Source: an uncultured Planctomycetaceae bacterium (GTDB lineage Bacteria; Planctomycetota; Planctomycetia; Planctomycetales; Planctomycetaceae). Taken from it: a stretch of DNA of 64,000 nt. Of the stretch, positions 10,964 to 21,352 are shown one piece after another. A program made the position numbers and the translations under genes. The notes beneath the pieces are model-generated. The model did not search any database, was not told the origin of the DNA, and saw only the letters and a list, made by a program, of their open reading frames with translations. Position 1 is the stretch's first letter, and each line of letters starts with the position of its first letter. The stretch is taken from positions 512,001 to 576,000 of the forward strand of contig CAWFGE010000012.1 in NCBI GenBank assembly GCA_963815195.1. Reading direction: 5' to 3'.

Positions 10964-11066
10964 GCCAATCCGGGGGAGTGATTTCGCGCAAATAGCGTAG
11001 GATGGTTCCGCCAGCGTTGGGAAGGTTGCGGCTCGCCGTCAGGATGAACGGCGAGCCGCTATTCCT

Positions 11067-11399
11067 TCAAGGAACCAGGCAACCGCAGCCGGCCTCGCGA
11101 GCAACCCACACCTTCGCCCGCCGGCCTGCCGTGGTCCGGCGGGTTCGGCCGGAATCTTCGAGCAACCCATCCCGCACCAACTCCCGCCGGCATTGGACCA
11201 ACCGCCGCGGTCCTGCATCACCGAGGGCCGTTTGAATCTCGGCATCAGTCGCCCCCTCTCGGCTCTCCAGGATGAACCGATACACCATCGCCCGCGTGGT
11301 TTGGCTGGGGCAGAAGTTCGCGGATTGGCTGGGGCAGAAGTCCGCCGGTTGGCTGGGGCCGTCGGGCATTCGGTGCGGAAATAAGTTTGGCCGAGTCAT
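11067..11399 (-). CDS. small phage-type winged-helix protein
   Basis: GATDAEIQTALG..RRELVRDGLLEDSGRTRRTTAGRRAKVW. Confidence 0.65.
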   Translation of the reverse strand: MTRPNLFPHRMPDGPSQPADFCPSQSANFCPSQTTRAMVYRFILESREGATDAEIQTALGDAGPRRLVQCRRELVRDGLLEDSGRTRRTTAGRRAKVWVAREAGCGCLVP

Positions 11400-12878
11400 T
11401 GGGGTTTGCCTTCAGCTTCGCGGGGGCCGGACGCAGCGATTCGGGCAACGCCCGGTTTCTTGTGGCCCGATCCCTTTCGGTGGTGAAGGAATTGGCGGAA
11501 GTGCGATAGCAAAACCGAAAGCGTGTCGGCGTCCACGCTCGCGAGCGCGATGAACCCGCCCAAATTTTTCACGAATGCCATCAACCATTCGCCCACGTGC
11601 TCGCGTGCGGCGACGGCTCTTTCCCGGTCATACCGATCCCAAATCCGGGCGGCTTCCATGATCCGATGCCAGGCGTGTTGCCATTCGGGGAGTTCGCCTT
11701 CCGCCGCTTCCATCGCGAGTTTACGCAGCTTCCCCGGAGAGGGGAACCAGAGTTCGTCCGCTTCGCGGAGATAGCGTTTCACCGCCGTCTCGATGTCGGC
11801 CGGCGGGAGGTCAACCAGAAGCTCGGCAAAGATCCGCAGGGCCGCTGCGTCTTTCGGATCGCGGCACAATGCTTGAAGCGGCTTGAGGGCTTCAAGGATC
11901 GCTTTCAGCGGGACTCGGCTTCGTCTTCGGCTTCGGCCGAAGGCGCGTTGCAAGGCGTTTTCGGCACGTTGGGCTTTTCGTTCGATGCGATCATCGGGAT
12001 TTCCTTTGCTGGTGTCGAGGACCAAACCTTGCCAGTCCTTCTTGATGGCTTTGTGGATGGCTTCGACGGCGGCGGCGGGGCCGGCCCGTTCAAGGTCGGG
12101 CATCTGCAACCGGGCGGCGGGTTCGCTGATGGGTTTGCGTTTCGTGTGCCGGCGAAACTCGCACCACTCCCGCCAGGCCTCGCGAAACTCCGGCGTGTCG
12201 AGTCCGACAGGTATCGGAAACTCTTCCGCCCGAAAGCGGCGGGGCGGCTCGCCAACCCCTCCCCCCTCCGGGGGGTTTGGGGGGTGGGCGCTTTTCTTGG
12301 CGCTTTTTGGGCGCTTATAAGAAGTGCCAAGATTTGTGAGTTGGCAATTCGGATCTGTGAGTTGGGAATTCGGATTTGTGAGTTGGGAATTTCCAACTCC
12401 CTGCTCGAAATTCGGATCTGTGAGTTGGGAATTTCCAACTCCCTGCTCGAAATTCGATGCTTCGGGCTGGGCTTCTGACGCCAGGGGAAGCGGCTTTCGT
12501 CGGCGGCCCCTTCGTTTGGTTTTCGGTCGAACGCGGGCTTCGGGAATCCAATCCTGAAGGTTGGAAAAGACGATTTGGAATTCGTACTTCTGGGCCTCAA
12601 TATCGACGGCTTCGACGATCAACAATCGTCGCTCGCACAAGTCCTTCACCCGGCGTTCGACCGTCGCCTCGGAACACTCCATTTCGTCCGCAAGTTGCGG
12701 GATTGTCATCGTCCAGGTTTTGCTCTCGCCGATGTGGTCATCGAGGGTTCGCAAGAGCAGCTTCGCATAAGCATCTCCCAGACGGCAGTTGCGAAGAATC
12801 TTGAGTCGCTCCCCGCGCTTTCGTAGGAAACTCCAATTCCTTTTGCCTGAGTTGCTCGCGCAACGAATCATCGCTCAT
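11396..12878 (-). CDS. phage-type replication initiator (HTH plus iteron region), read through into a helicase loader/inhibitor-like domain; frameshift near 12820
   Basis: HTH TIPQLADEMECSEATVERRVKDL; FREAWREWCEFRR..AIHKAIKKDWQGL initiator-type C-terminus; LVDLPPADIETAVKRYLRE..WFPSPGKLR loader-like segment. Confidence 0.7.
12331..12455. promoter_or_regulatory. iterons / putative replication origin inside the rep gene
   Basis: TGTGAGTTGG(G/C)AATT at 12335, 12356, 12377 and 12419 (spacing 21, 21, 42). Confidence 0.7.
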
Positions 12879-13070
12879 TCGGTTTCCCTTCCGTTGTGGA
12901 TCGGCGGGCATTGAGAAAACGCGCGAGAGGGAGCAACGCCCATTGCCGATCGGCCGGAGGGACCGTAGGATGACGGTGCCCCCGCTGTGGCAGGTGGGGT
13001 GCAGCTCCGGGGCTGTCGGCGACTCGAACGCCGGCGGCCCTTTTTTCCCGCTCGTCAAACTCGGCCCCGC

Positions 13071-13353
13071 TTACGAACCGATGCCGAGTTTGTCGAGTTT
13101 CTCTTCCGCCGCTTTCGCCCGCCGCTCCGCCTGCCGTGACGGTTTGGCTTTCGCGTCCGGCGCGTTCTGTTGTTCAATCCAATCCTCCAGGTCGGTTCGC
13201 GAAAATGTACCGCCGGCCGCCAAGCCGAAAGCTCGGCAGCTTTCGTCCGCGAACCCCACGCAGACACCATCTAAAAACCGTGGAGAGATCCACGCCGAGC
13301 AACTCGGCTGCTTCCTTCAATGTCAGCTTGTCCGCTTCTAAGTCGATCGTCAT
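13071..13353 (-). CDS. DUF1580-like / excisionase-type HTH protein (frameshift near 13203)
   Basis: MTIDLEADKLTLKEAAELLGVDLSTVFRWCLRGVRGRKLPSFRLGGRRYI/SRTDLEDWIEQQN. Confidence 0.8.
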
Positions 13354-13541
13354 TCAAAAACCTTCTTTCAGTTGGTTGGTTCTCGCTGCCATCAACTGCA
13401 AGAGGTTTTAAGCGGGGTCAAAATTGTTGGGATTTTTGGCACTGACCCGCCGTCAGGCGCAAGAAAAAACCCTCGAAACACGAGGGTTTTTTCTTTCAAA
13501 AAAACGCAAAATAAACTTGACCGTGCCAAAATTCACGAATT

Positions 13542-14945
13542 TTAGCACCGCTTTTTCATTGTTCGGAGAACCTTCTTCACGGCATCCAAACTCACCGTCT
13601 CAAACTGCCCAACAAAGTCAGAGTCAGAGTTCAGTAGATTCTTCAACTCCGTTGGCTTGTCGGTCAGCTTCTTTTCCCTTGCCCGTTTTTTGATTGCCAA
13701 GTTTCGTTCTGTTTTCTTAGGCCGACCGCGGCGACGTTCGGCAGTACCCTCTTTTGGCGGATCCCGCTTCGGCTCTTCAATTCCGTGCTTCGCTCGATGC
13801 GCCTTTTCCAAATCTTCAACCGACGCTTCGGGCACTTGGAAGTAACCTTGCGCGGTCCGTGTGCGATTCCGTTTCATTCGCATTTTAGCCCCGCCCAACC
13901 AAACGCAGCCCCGATTGACCCAACGGGAAATGGTCCCTTTTGAAACACTGTACCTCGTTGCGGCCGCTTCAAACCGTAACCACTTCCCATCGCCTTCGCC
14001 CGTCTTGGGTTTTCTTGCCTGCTCGATTGCTTCCAAATCGTCTTTGTGAATATGCCACATGTCGGCTCGAATCTGCCGGCCATCCGCCTTCGCTGCGGTT
14101 CGTTTTGATGCGCGGAACGGACCAAAGCCGGGCCAGTTCGCTTTTCCGCATCGCTGTTGAAAAACGCCCCGCGAGATACAAAGGCGCTTGATCGCGGGGC
14201 CGATGGGAATCCAGACCGCATCATCGGCGGGGGGAACCATTCTCGCTTTGATGTCTTCCAACTGTGGGATGAAAAACACGGTCGTTTCGCGGGCATATAG
14301 CCCGTTGTGTCGCAACTCGATCCGCGATCGGAGTGGCTTTCCGTCGGGACTGCGTCCCTCGCGATGCCATCTGCGGATTGTCTGGGCATGGAAGCCAACT
14401 CGTTTTTCGGCTTCCGATGCCGTGCCCCAATCGCCTTCGATCGACTCCGCCGGGGCGTCACGATGTTTCGCGACCGCCAATTCCAAATCGCTCGCGAGAT
14501 AGACCCAAAGCCGATGGAAACCGCCGGCCGGAAGACGAACCCAAACCTGTTTTGCCTTGATGGCGCGTCCGAGGACTGGGCAGCGTTTTCGCCAGGCGGC
14601 GAGACGTTGCGCGTCGCCATACTGACGCTTCATTTCAGCCGCGCTGAGCCATTCCCCCATCGCATCCACAAGCACGCCGTTTTCGAGAAGAGGCAAGGCG
14701 GCGAGTTTTTCGAGGTCGGCCCTGGAATACTTGAAGAGTTTGCCCTTGGGCCCGTAGGCTCTCGTTTTAATCGGCCGGCCAAGCGGACCGCATCTTTGCT
14801 TCCATCGCGGGAGGTCACTGCGCGAGAACCCGAATTCGCGTTGCGCTTCGATCGACTGGAGCCAGGCTTGTTTCTTCATGGGCTTGTACCTGATGCAAGT
14901 CGGGCCGGCCGGGGGCGGCGTGGTCATCAGGTACGAAACCCACAA
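13542..14945 (-). CDS. hypothetical protein with ~5 tandem Xis/MerR-like HTH modules
   Basis: Repeated W-x-(S/T)..EA..(F/Y)G...RW...G..(I/L)(K/R) modules; 467-aa intact ORF. Confidence 0.65.
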   Translation of the reverse strand: MWVSYLMTTPPPAGPTCIRYKPMKKQAWLQSIEAQREFGFSRSDLPRWKQRCGPLGRPIKTRAYGPKGKLFKYSRADLEKLAALPLLENGVLVDAMGEWLSAAEMKRQYGDAQRLAAWRKRCPVLGRAIKAKQVWVRLPAGGFHRLWVYLASDLELAVAKHRDAPAESIEGDWGTASEAEKRVGFHAQTIRRWHREGRSPDGKPLRSRIELRHNGLYARETTVFFIPQLEDIKARMVPPADDAVWIPIGPAIKRLCISRGVFQQRCGKANWPGFGPFRASKRTAAKADGRQIRADMWHIHKDDLEAIEQARKPKTGEGDGKWLRFEAAATRYSVSKGTISRWVNRGCVWLGGAKMRMKRNRTRTAQGYFQVPEASVEDLEKAHRAKHGIEEPKRDPPKEGTAERRRGRPKKTERNLAIKKRAREKKLTDKPTELKNLLNSDSDFVGQFETVSLDAVKKVLRTMKKRC

Positions 14946-15054
14946 CCGCCCCCGGTCATTTCAGCCCCACGGTTTCGCGAAAACCGGGGAGCAACCCGAA
15001 GACTCAAAATTATCGGGGAGACCGCCCCCCCGGTTCAATGCTCAAACCGTCCTT

Positions 15055-16362
15055 TCAACCGTGTTGGGCCATGTACTGAATCGCCTTCTGCCGATCGGCT
15101 TCGGCGTAAACCTGGGTGACGTCCGCCTTGGAGTGTCCGCAAATCACTTGGGCCGTTTCCAGCCCCGCCGATCTGCGGGCCTTCGTCGCGGCGTTGTGCC
15201 GGAGCTGGTTGGGATGCCAGCAATTCTCCGCTCGCCACTCCGATGCCAACTCTTGCCGGCGTTCGCGTTCGGCTTCCCACTCCGCGGCCGAAAACCGGCC
15301 CCGCTCCGCCTTGGGCATTTGCTTGGGAATCCGCCGGAGTTCCTTGGGCATCCCGAATGCCTGTTCGCAACCCATGACGATCGCACGCCGGTAGGAGAGC
15401 ACCGTTGTACCGTTCGCCGGCTTTTTGCTTGGGGGCTTTCTTGCGGCGGTTTTGTTGGCTGGGCTGAACCGGAGTTTTCCGGCTTTCGCGTTGGGCGGCG
15501 CGGCGTTCGTTCTCGGCTTCCTGGGGCGAGAACACATAGGCCGTCAGATCGGTTTTGAGGAACGGGGCGAGAATCTCTGGGCCTGCGGTCCGAGATAGAT
15601 TTCCCGCTGCCGATCGTGATGTTCGGTCTTGTGGGATTCTGGGATGTAAACCCAAACCGCTCCGCCCATCGATGATGATCCGCGGTCCGCATCAGAACCA
15701 CTTCCCCCGGCCGCATCGCGGTCAGGCGCTGCAGTTCGATCATCGCCCAAACTTGACGGGAGACAAACGGCCGAACCGCTTCAACCAGGTGATCGGCCAC
15801 GGGGCTGACGGGCTCGGTTTCGGCCGCTTCGCTTCTGCCCTTCCGCAATCCGGCCACGGTCTCCAGGGCTTGGAAAACGTCGCACGGGAACCAACTCGTT
15901 TTCCGCTCCCCATTTGAACATCCGGCGGATGCGGCCGACGTGGGTGTTGATGCTCTCGCGCTCCCAGCCCGCATCAATCATTTGCTGCCGGCAGGCCTTG
16001 AGGGAGAGCGGCCCGAAGTCCGCCGGCTTGCGTGTGACCGTACAGCCGGCGAACCGGGCCGAGTGCCACCTTGATGCAGGAGACTTCGCTGGTCGGCTTC
16101 GCCGTTCTTTTGGTAGTGGCGTTCGCAATGTTCCCAGTAGGCAACGAGCAACTCGTTGACGGTGAAGCCGGATTCTTCGTCGCGGCGGGGCAGGCGGCGG
16201 CCCGATGGCCAGCCATTCGGCGACGAGGCGGTCGTATTCCGCGATGGAGGTTTGAGAACCGTGGGGGCCGAGATAGAAGTCAGTCCCGGAGAGGGTGACG
16301 ACGGCTTGACCGCTGGGCTTGTGTTTGCGGTACGTGGGCACGCGGCGGGCGGGTTTTGGCAT
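15055..16362 (-). CDS. tyrosine integrase (several frameshifts)
   Basis: PTYRKHKPSGQAVVTL arm domain; TAMRPGEV, HPNQLRH and GHSKADVTQVY catalytic motifs; adjacent to tRNA-Lys. Confidence 0.92.
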
Positions 16363-16481
16363 TGGCGCAGCTCCTCAAAAACCGAATCCGGTACAGTACC
16401 GGATTTTTCTTTGGTTTTCGGGCCACGCTGCCGACCGCCGGCAGGTACGCAAATCATTCGTCTGGCCATGTTTATGTTTAG

Positions 16482-16554
<73 letters not shown>

Positions 16555-16713
16555 TAAAGTGCTTGTGTCAAATGGTTTGAGGACTTTTGGTTTATTGATG
16601 CTTTTCAGACTCGACACGTGCGGGCTTTGCTATTCTGACTGAAAGATGACCCCAACCGATTGAGGCGGTTGGGGCCGATTCATCACCCAAGCCTTGAAAC
16701 CCGAGGTGACGAC

Positions 16714-17066
16714 ATGGGGAATCCTAGCAAAACTGCCGGCACTCAACCAGAGAAGCCGACCCCGGACTTTCCGCTTTTTCCGCACCGCTGCGGGCCGTGG
16801 ACGAAGAAAATTAAGGGGCGGATGTATTACTTCGGTTCATGGGGAACCGATCCCGTTGGCGTAGCGGCGATCAAAGACTACGCCCGCGAACTAACCAGTT
16901 CATGGGTGCGAAGGCGACGGCCGTGGAGGATGGCGACCTGTCGCCCCGCACCTTGGCGGACTATCACCAAACCGTGAAGCTGTTGGCGAGGCACTTCGGA
17001 AAGCAGCGGACCGTGAACGGGCTAACTCCCGCGGACTTCCGCGAGTTTAGAGGGCTATCCCCATAA
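16714..17066 (+). pseudogene. remnant of a second integrase (N-terminal part only)
   Basis: PEKPTPDFPLFPHRCGPWTKKIKGRMYYFG..GDLSPRTLADY..FGKQRTVNGLTPADF resembles planctomycete integrase N-termini; catalytic domain absent. Confidence 0.65.
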
Positions 17067-17306
17067 CGAATGGCGTCAACGAAAAGCTGTCGCAGTTCGG
17101 TCCCCCGAATCACCTTGCCCAACACATCGAACACCGCATCTTTGAGCGCTTCCAGCCGAGACAATGTTCACGTTTTTGCTGGCCGCTCCCCCGCCGCCCG
17201 TGCCGCTACCGCGTCCGACCTCCAAGGGGAGGTGAAAAAGCGCGGACAAGAAATCCTTTAATACCGCCGTCGTCCCCTCCCCCTGATTATCCCAAAGAAC
17301 CAAAAA

Positions 17307-18044
17307 TCACAACTCGGCGGCGAAGCGGTAGCCGACGCCTTGTTCGGTGAGGAGATAGCGGGGGCGGGTGGGGTCGTCCTCCAGCTTTCGCCGGAGGCTG
17401 GCGACGAAGACGCGGAGGTAGTGGGTTTCATCCGAGTGCAGCGGTCCCCAGACTTCGCGGAGCAGAAAGCGGTGGGTCAGAACTTTGCCGGAGTGTTGGA
17501 TTAGGGTTACGAGCAGCTTGTATTCCAAGGGCGTCAGATGCACTTCGGCATCCTTGCGGAAGACCAGCCGGGCCGCCAGATCGACGCGCAAGTCGCCGAT
17601 GGAAATGATGGAGGACGCGGGGCCGACGGGGTGGGCATGTCGCAGGGCTGTTCGCATCCGGGCCAAGAGTTCGCCCATGCTGAACGGCTTGGTCACATAG
17701 TCATCCGCCCCGTGGTCGAGGGCCTCGATCTTCTGCTGTTCCTGATCTCTCACGGAAAGAATGATAATCGGAGCGGTCAGCCATTCCCGCAGCCGGCGCA
17801 ACACCTCCTGGCCGTCGAGGTCCGGCAGTCCCAGATCGAGAATGACCAGATCGGGCGGCTGGCGCGTGGCGATTCGCAGTCCTTCTTCGCCCGCAGCTGC
17901 TTCGATGACCCGGTAGCCTTCGTTGTTCAGAGAAACCCGCAGGAACCGGCGGATCGGCTGCTCATCCTCGATGACCAGGATTAAATGGTCGCCTTGGGGA
18001 GTTTGATTGTTACTATTGGTATTGGTGACGGCTTTGTTTTGCAT
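17307..18044 (-). CDS. kdpE: response regulator KdpE
   Basis: ILDLGLPDLDG, GADDYVTKPF, YLRVFVASLRRKLEDDPTRPRYLLTEQGVGYRF; kdp context. Confidence 0.95.
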   Translation of the reverse strand: MQNKAVTNTNSNNQTPQGDHLILVIEDEQPIRRFLRVSLNNEGYRVIEAAAGEEGLRIATRQPPDLVILDLGLPDLDGQEVLRRLREWLTAPIIILSVRDQEQQKIEALDHGADDYVTKPFSMGELLARMRTALRHAHPVGPASSIISIGDLRVDLAARLVFRKDAEVHLTPLEYKLLVTLIQHSGKVLTHRFLLREVWGPLHSDETHYLRVFVASLRRKLEDDPTRPRYLLTEQGVGYRFAAEL

Positions 18045-18050
18045 GTTTCA

Positions 18051-20746
18051 TCATTCCACGACGACGTGGGGCGCGTTCTTTGCCAAGGGCAGCCGGACCT
18101 GAAACTCGGCTCCGCCGCCGAAACGGTTGGAAGCGGTGATGTTTCCCCCGTGCGACTGGGCGATGGCCCGGCAGATCGCCAGTCCCAAGCCGCTGCCCCG
18201 GCCCGCATCCGCCGTGGGCGAAGCGCGGTAGAACTTCTCGAAGATCTGTTCCTCCAAACCGGGCGGGAATCCGGGGCCGTTGTCGGCCACGGTCAATCGC
18301 AGCGCTTTCCCCTCCACGGCAGCGGAAATGGTAACTTGGGTCTGCGGAGGCGTGTAGCGGGCCGCGTTCTCCAACAGGTTGACCAGCAGCTGCTCCAACA
18401 GCAGGCCGTCCACGAAGACGAGGGGCAGATCATCCGGCAAATGCACATCCACCGAATACTCTCGCAGGTCCCCGCTGACGCGCCGCAGAGCCGATCCCAC
18501 GATCTCTTCCAGCACGTGCCACTCTTTGTTGGGAGCCTGCGCCCGGCATCGAGTTTTGACATCTGGAGAATGTTTTCCAGCAACCGATTGAGCCGGGCCG
18601 ATTCCTCCGCCACGGTTTCGAGCAGTTGACGGCGGGTTTTCTCATCCAGGGTCGGAACCTCCAGCAGGCTGCTGCTGGCCCCGGAAATCGCCGCCAGCGG
18701 GGTTTTCAGGTCGTGGGACACCGTGCTGAGGAGGTTGCTTCGCATTTGCTCCGTTTCGGCCTGGATGCGGGCCTCGGAGGCTTCGATGGCCAATTGATCG
18801 CGTTCCAACGCCAGGCCAAGCTGGTTGGCACAGGCTTCCAAGAGTCGGCGTTGATCCGGTTCCAAGAGCCGTTCGATGTCGTCCACGCGGACGGCGATCG
18901 CTCCGAGTTTCTTTTGCGAGCCGGTCAGCGGCAGGAAGATCGCAATTGCATTCGGCAGCGTGTTGGTGCCCGCCCCGGCGATTTCCTCGTGTTCGCTGAC
19001 CCATTGCGCAACCGGGAGGCTGATCGGATGCCGGGCAATTGCCGTGTCGTCGCCGAAGACCAGTTCAATCGAACCGGAGGGGCGCTTGAGGAAAGCAGCC
19101 ACTTCGCCGCCGATCATTTCGGCAATCTTCTTTCCCGCCGCCGACACCAGAAAGATGTCGCCGTAAATGGAACTCAACTGCTTGCCCAATTCGTAGAGGG
19201 CGGAAGTTCGGCGTTCGCGTAAGCGGGTGTTTTCGACCTGGGCTTTCAACTGCGACGTGAGCGTGCTGATCAACAAGCCAATGGCGAGCATCACGCCGAA
19301 GGTCACCGCATACTGGGCGTCCGCGACGGCCAAGGTGTAGAAGGGATGAACGAAGAAAACATCAAAAATCATCACCGCCAGGACGCTGGCCAGCGTCGCC
19401 GGACCTCGGCCCAGCCGGTAGGCGACATAGGCGACCGCCGCCAGGAACAGCATCACCGTGTTGGCCTCGGCATCCGCCAAGTCCAAGCGGCGCGAAACAG
19501 CGGCCAGGATGCCCGTGATGACGACGATCACGGTTGAAACGAAGTAGGACAACCAGTTGACGGCAGCGTGTCTGACGATGTGGGATACGGGCCGTCGTTC
19601 TTCCTCTTCGCCGTGGATCACATACACGTCGATGTCGCCGCTGTTTTCGAGCACATCATCCACGAACGTCCCGAACAGCAAACGCTTCCAGCGCGGGCGG
19701 GCCGTCTTGCCGATGAGGATTTTGGTGACGTTGCGGGAGCGGGCATAATCGAGAATCGTTCCCGCCAAGTCCTGCCCGGCGAGGGTGACCGTCTCGGCAC
19801 CGAGGCGTTCCGCCAGTCGGAAGTGCTGGGCGATTTGCTGTTTGGCCAAGCTGCTACCGACGTCGCCCGTCAGATCGATCGAGACGGCCAGCCAGGGAGC
19901 ATCCAGGGCCGTCGCCATCCGCTTGGCCGTGCGGATCACCCGCGCGGTCGTGGGACTCGGCCCAACGCAGACGAGCAATCGCTCGCCCGTGGCCCAAGGC
20001 TGACAGGCGGCTTTTTCCCGCCGGGCGAGTTCAACGTCGCTGTGAACCCGGCGGGCGGCTTGCCGGAAGGAAAGTTCCCTGAGAGCCGTGAGGTTCGGCT
20101 TTTGGAAGAACCGCTGGATGGCCCGCTGCGCCTGTTCCGGGATATAGACTTTCCCCGCTTGCAGCCGAACCAAGAGTTCTTCGGGAGTGATGTCCACCAG
20201 TTCGAGATCGTTCGCCCCCTCGAAGGTGCGATCGGGAACCGTCTCCCGCACAACAACTCCCGTGATCTGCCCGATCACGTCGTTCAGGCTGTCGATGTGC
20301 TGCACGTTGAGCGTCGTCCACACATTGATCCCGGCCTCCAAAAGTTCCTGCACGTCCTGCCAACGCTTGGCATGCCGACAGCCCTCGGCGTTCGTGTGGG
20401 CCAGTTCATCGACCAGGATCAAATCGGGATGCCGGGCCAAGGCCGCGTCCACATCGAATTCCCGCAGCGTCACGCCCCGGTACGGAATTGCTTGGACGGG
20501 TAGAATTTCCAAACCTTCAAGCAGGGCTTCCGTTTCCGGTCGGCCATGCGGTTCGACGTAGCCGACGACGACTTCCCGGTGGTCCTTCCGCGCTTGCCGG
20601 GCGTTTTCCAACATCGAGTAGGTCTTGCCGACGCCCGCCGCGTAACCGAAAAAGATTTTGAGCGAACCCCGCTTCGCCTGGGCCTCCTCGGCTTGCACTT
20701 GGGCTAAGAGTTCATCCGGGTTGGGACGATCCGGTTCCGTCGTCAT
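18051..20746 (-). CDS. kdpD: sensor kinase KdpD (frameshift near 18535)
   Basis: RGSLKIFFGYAAGVGKTY, DELAHTN, USP domain, 4 TM, SHDLKTPL, HATPase domain in second frame. Confidence 0.95.
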
Positions 20747-20755
20747 CGGTTTCTC

Positions 20756-21316
20756 TTACTTTGGGAGTTCGTCCAGGGCGAGATTCAGTTCCAACACGTT
20801 CACCAAGGGCTTTCCTCCGAGTGCCTCCAGCGTGGGAGAATCCATATGCTGCCGAACAATTTCCCGCACCTGCTCTTCCTGCATCTTACGAACCTTTGCC
20901 ACCCGCGGCACTTGAAATTCCGCCGCGTCCCGGGTGATGTGCGGATCCAATCCTGCGCCGGACGCCAGCAGGAGGTCGGCGGGAACCCGCTGGTCAGCCG
21001 CCGGCTGCAACGTGCCGAGGATTTCCTTTGCCCGCTCGGTGATTGCCGGGTTGGCGGGGGATAAATTGCTTCCGCCGGCGGCGCTGGCATTGTAGTCCAC
21101 CGCGGAAGGCCGAGGCCAGAAGTATTCGGGACGCGTAAACTTCTGCGCGATCAACTGCGAACCGATGAGGGTGCCGTCTTTCGCCTGAATCAAGCTGCCC
21201 TGCCGAGCCTCGGGAGCGACCACGGCGGCGAATGCAAGAATGACGGCCGGATAGGCCGCCGAGCAGACAATCACACTCAGGATGAACAACCGGAGTGAAG
21301 TGATGAAGTCCGACAT
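20756..21316 (-). CDS. kdpC: K+-transporting ATPase subunit C
   Basis: GSQLIAQKF..YFWPRPSA..GGSNL..GLDPHIT..VNVLELNLALD. Confidence 0.95.
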   Translation of the reverse strand: MSDFITSLRLFILSVIVCSAAYPAVILAFAAVVAPEARQGSLIQAKDGTLIGSQLIAQKFTRPEYFWPRPSAVDYNASAAGGSNLSPANPAITERAKEILGTLQPAADQRVPADLLLASGAGLDPHITRDAAEFQVPRVAKVRKMQEEQVREIVRQHMDSPTLEALGGKPLVNVLELNLALDELPK

Positions 21317-21352
21317 GGGGATTCCTTTTTTGTTGGAGGCTCTGAAGCAGGC

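Noticed and set aside
10347..11000. repeat-protein ORFs on the + strand (217, 185 and 132 aa)
   Set aside because: They arise from a stop-poor 40-bp repeat cycling through frames and run opposite to the element's gene orientation
18500..18560. programmed frameshift or natural split of kdpD (and similar breaks elsewhere)
   Set aside because: No slippery site or stimulator seen; the many similar 1-nt breaks point to assembly error
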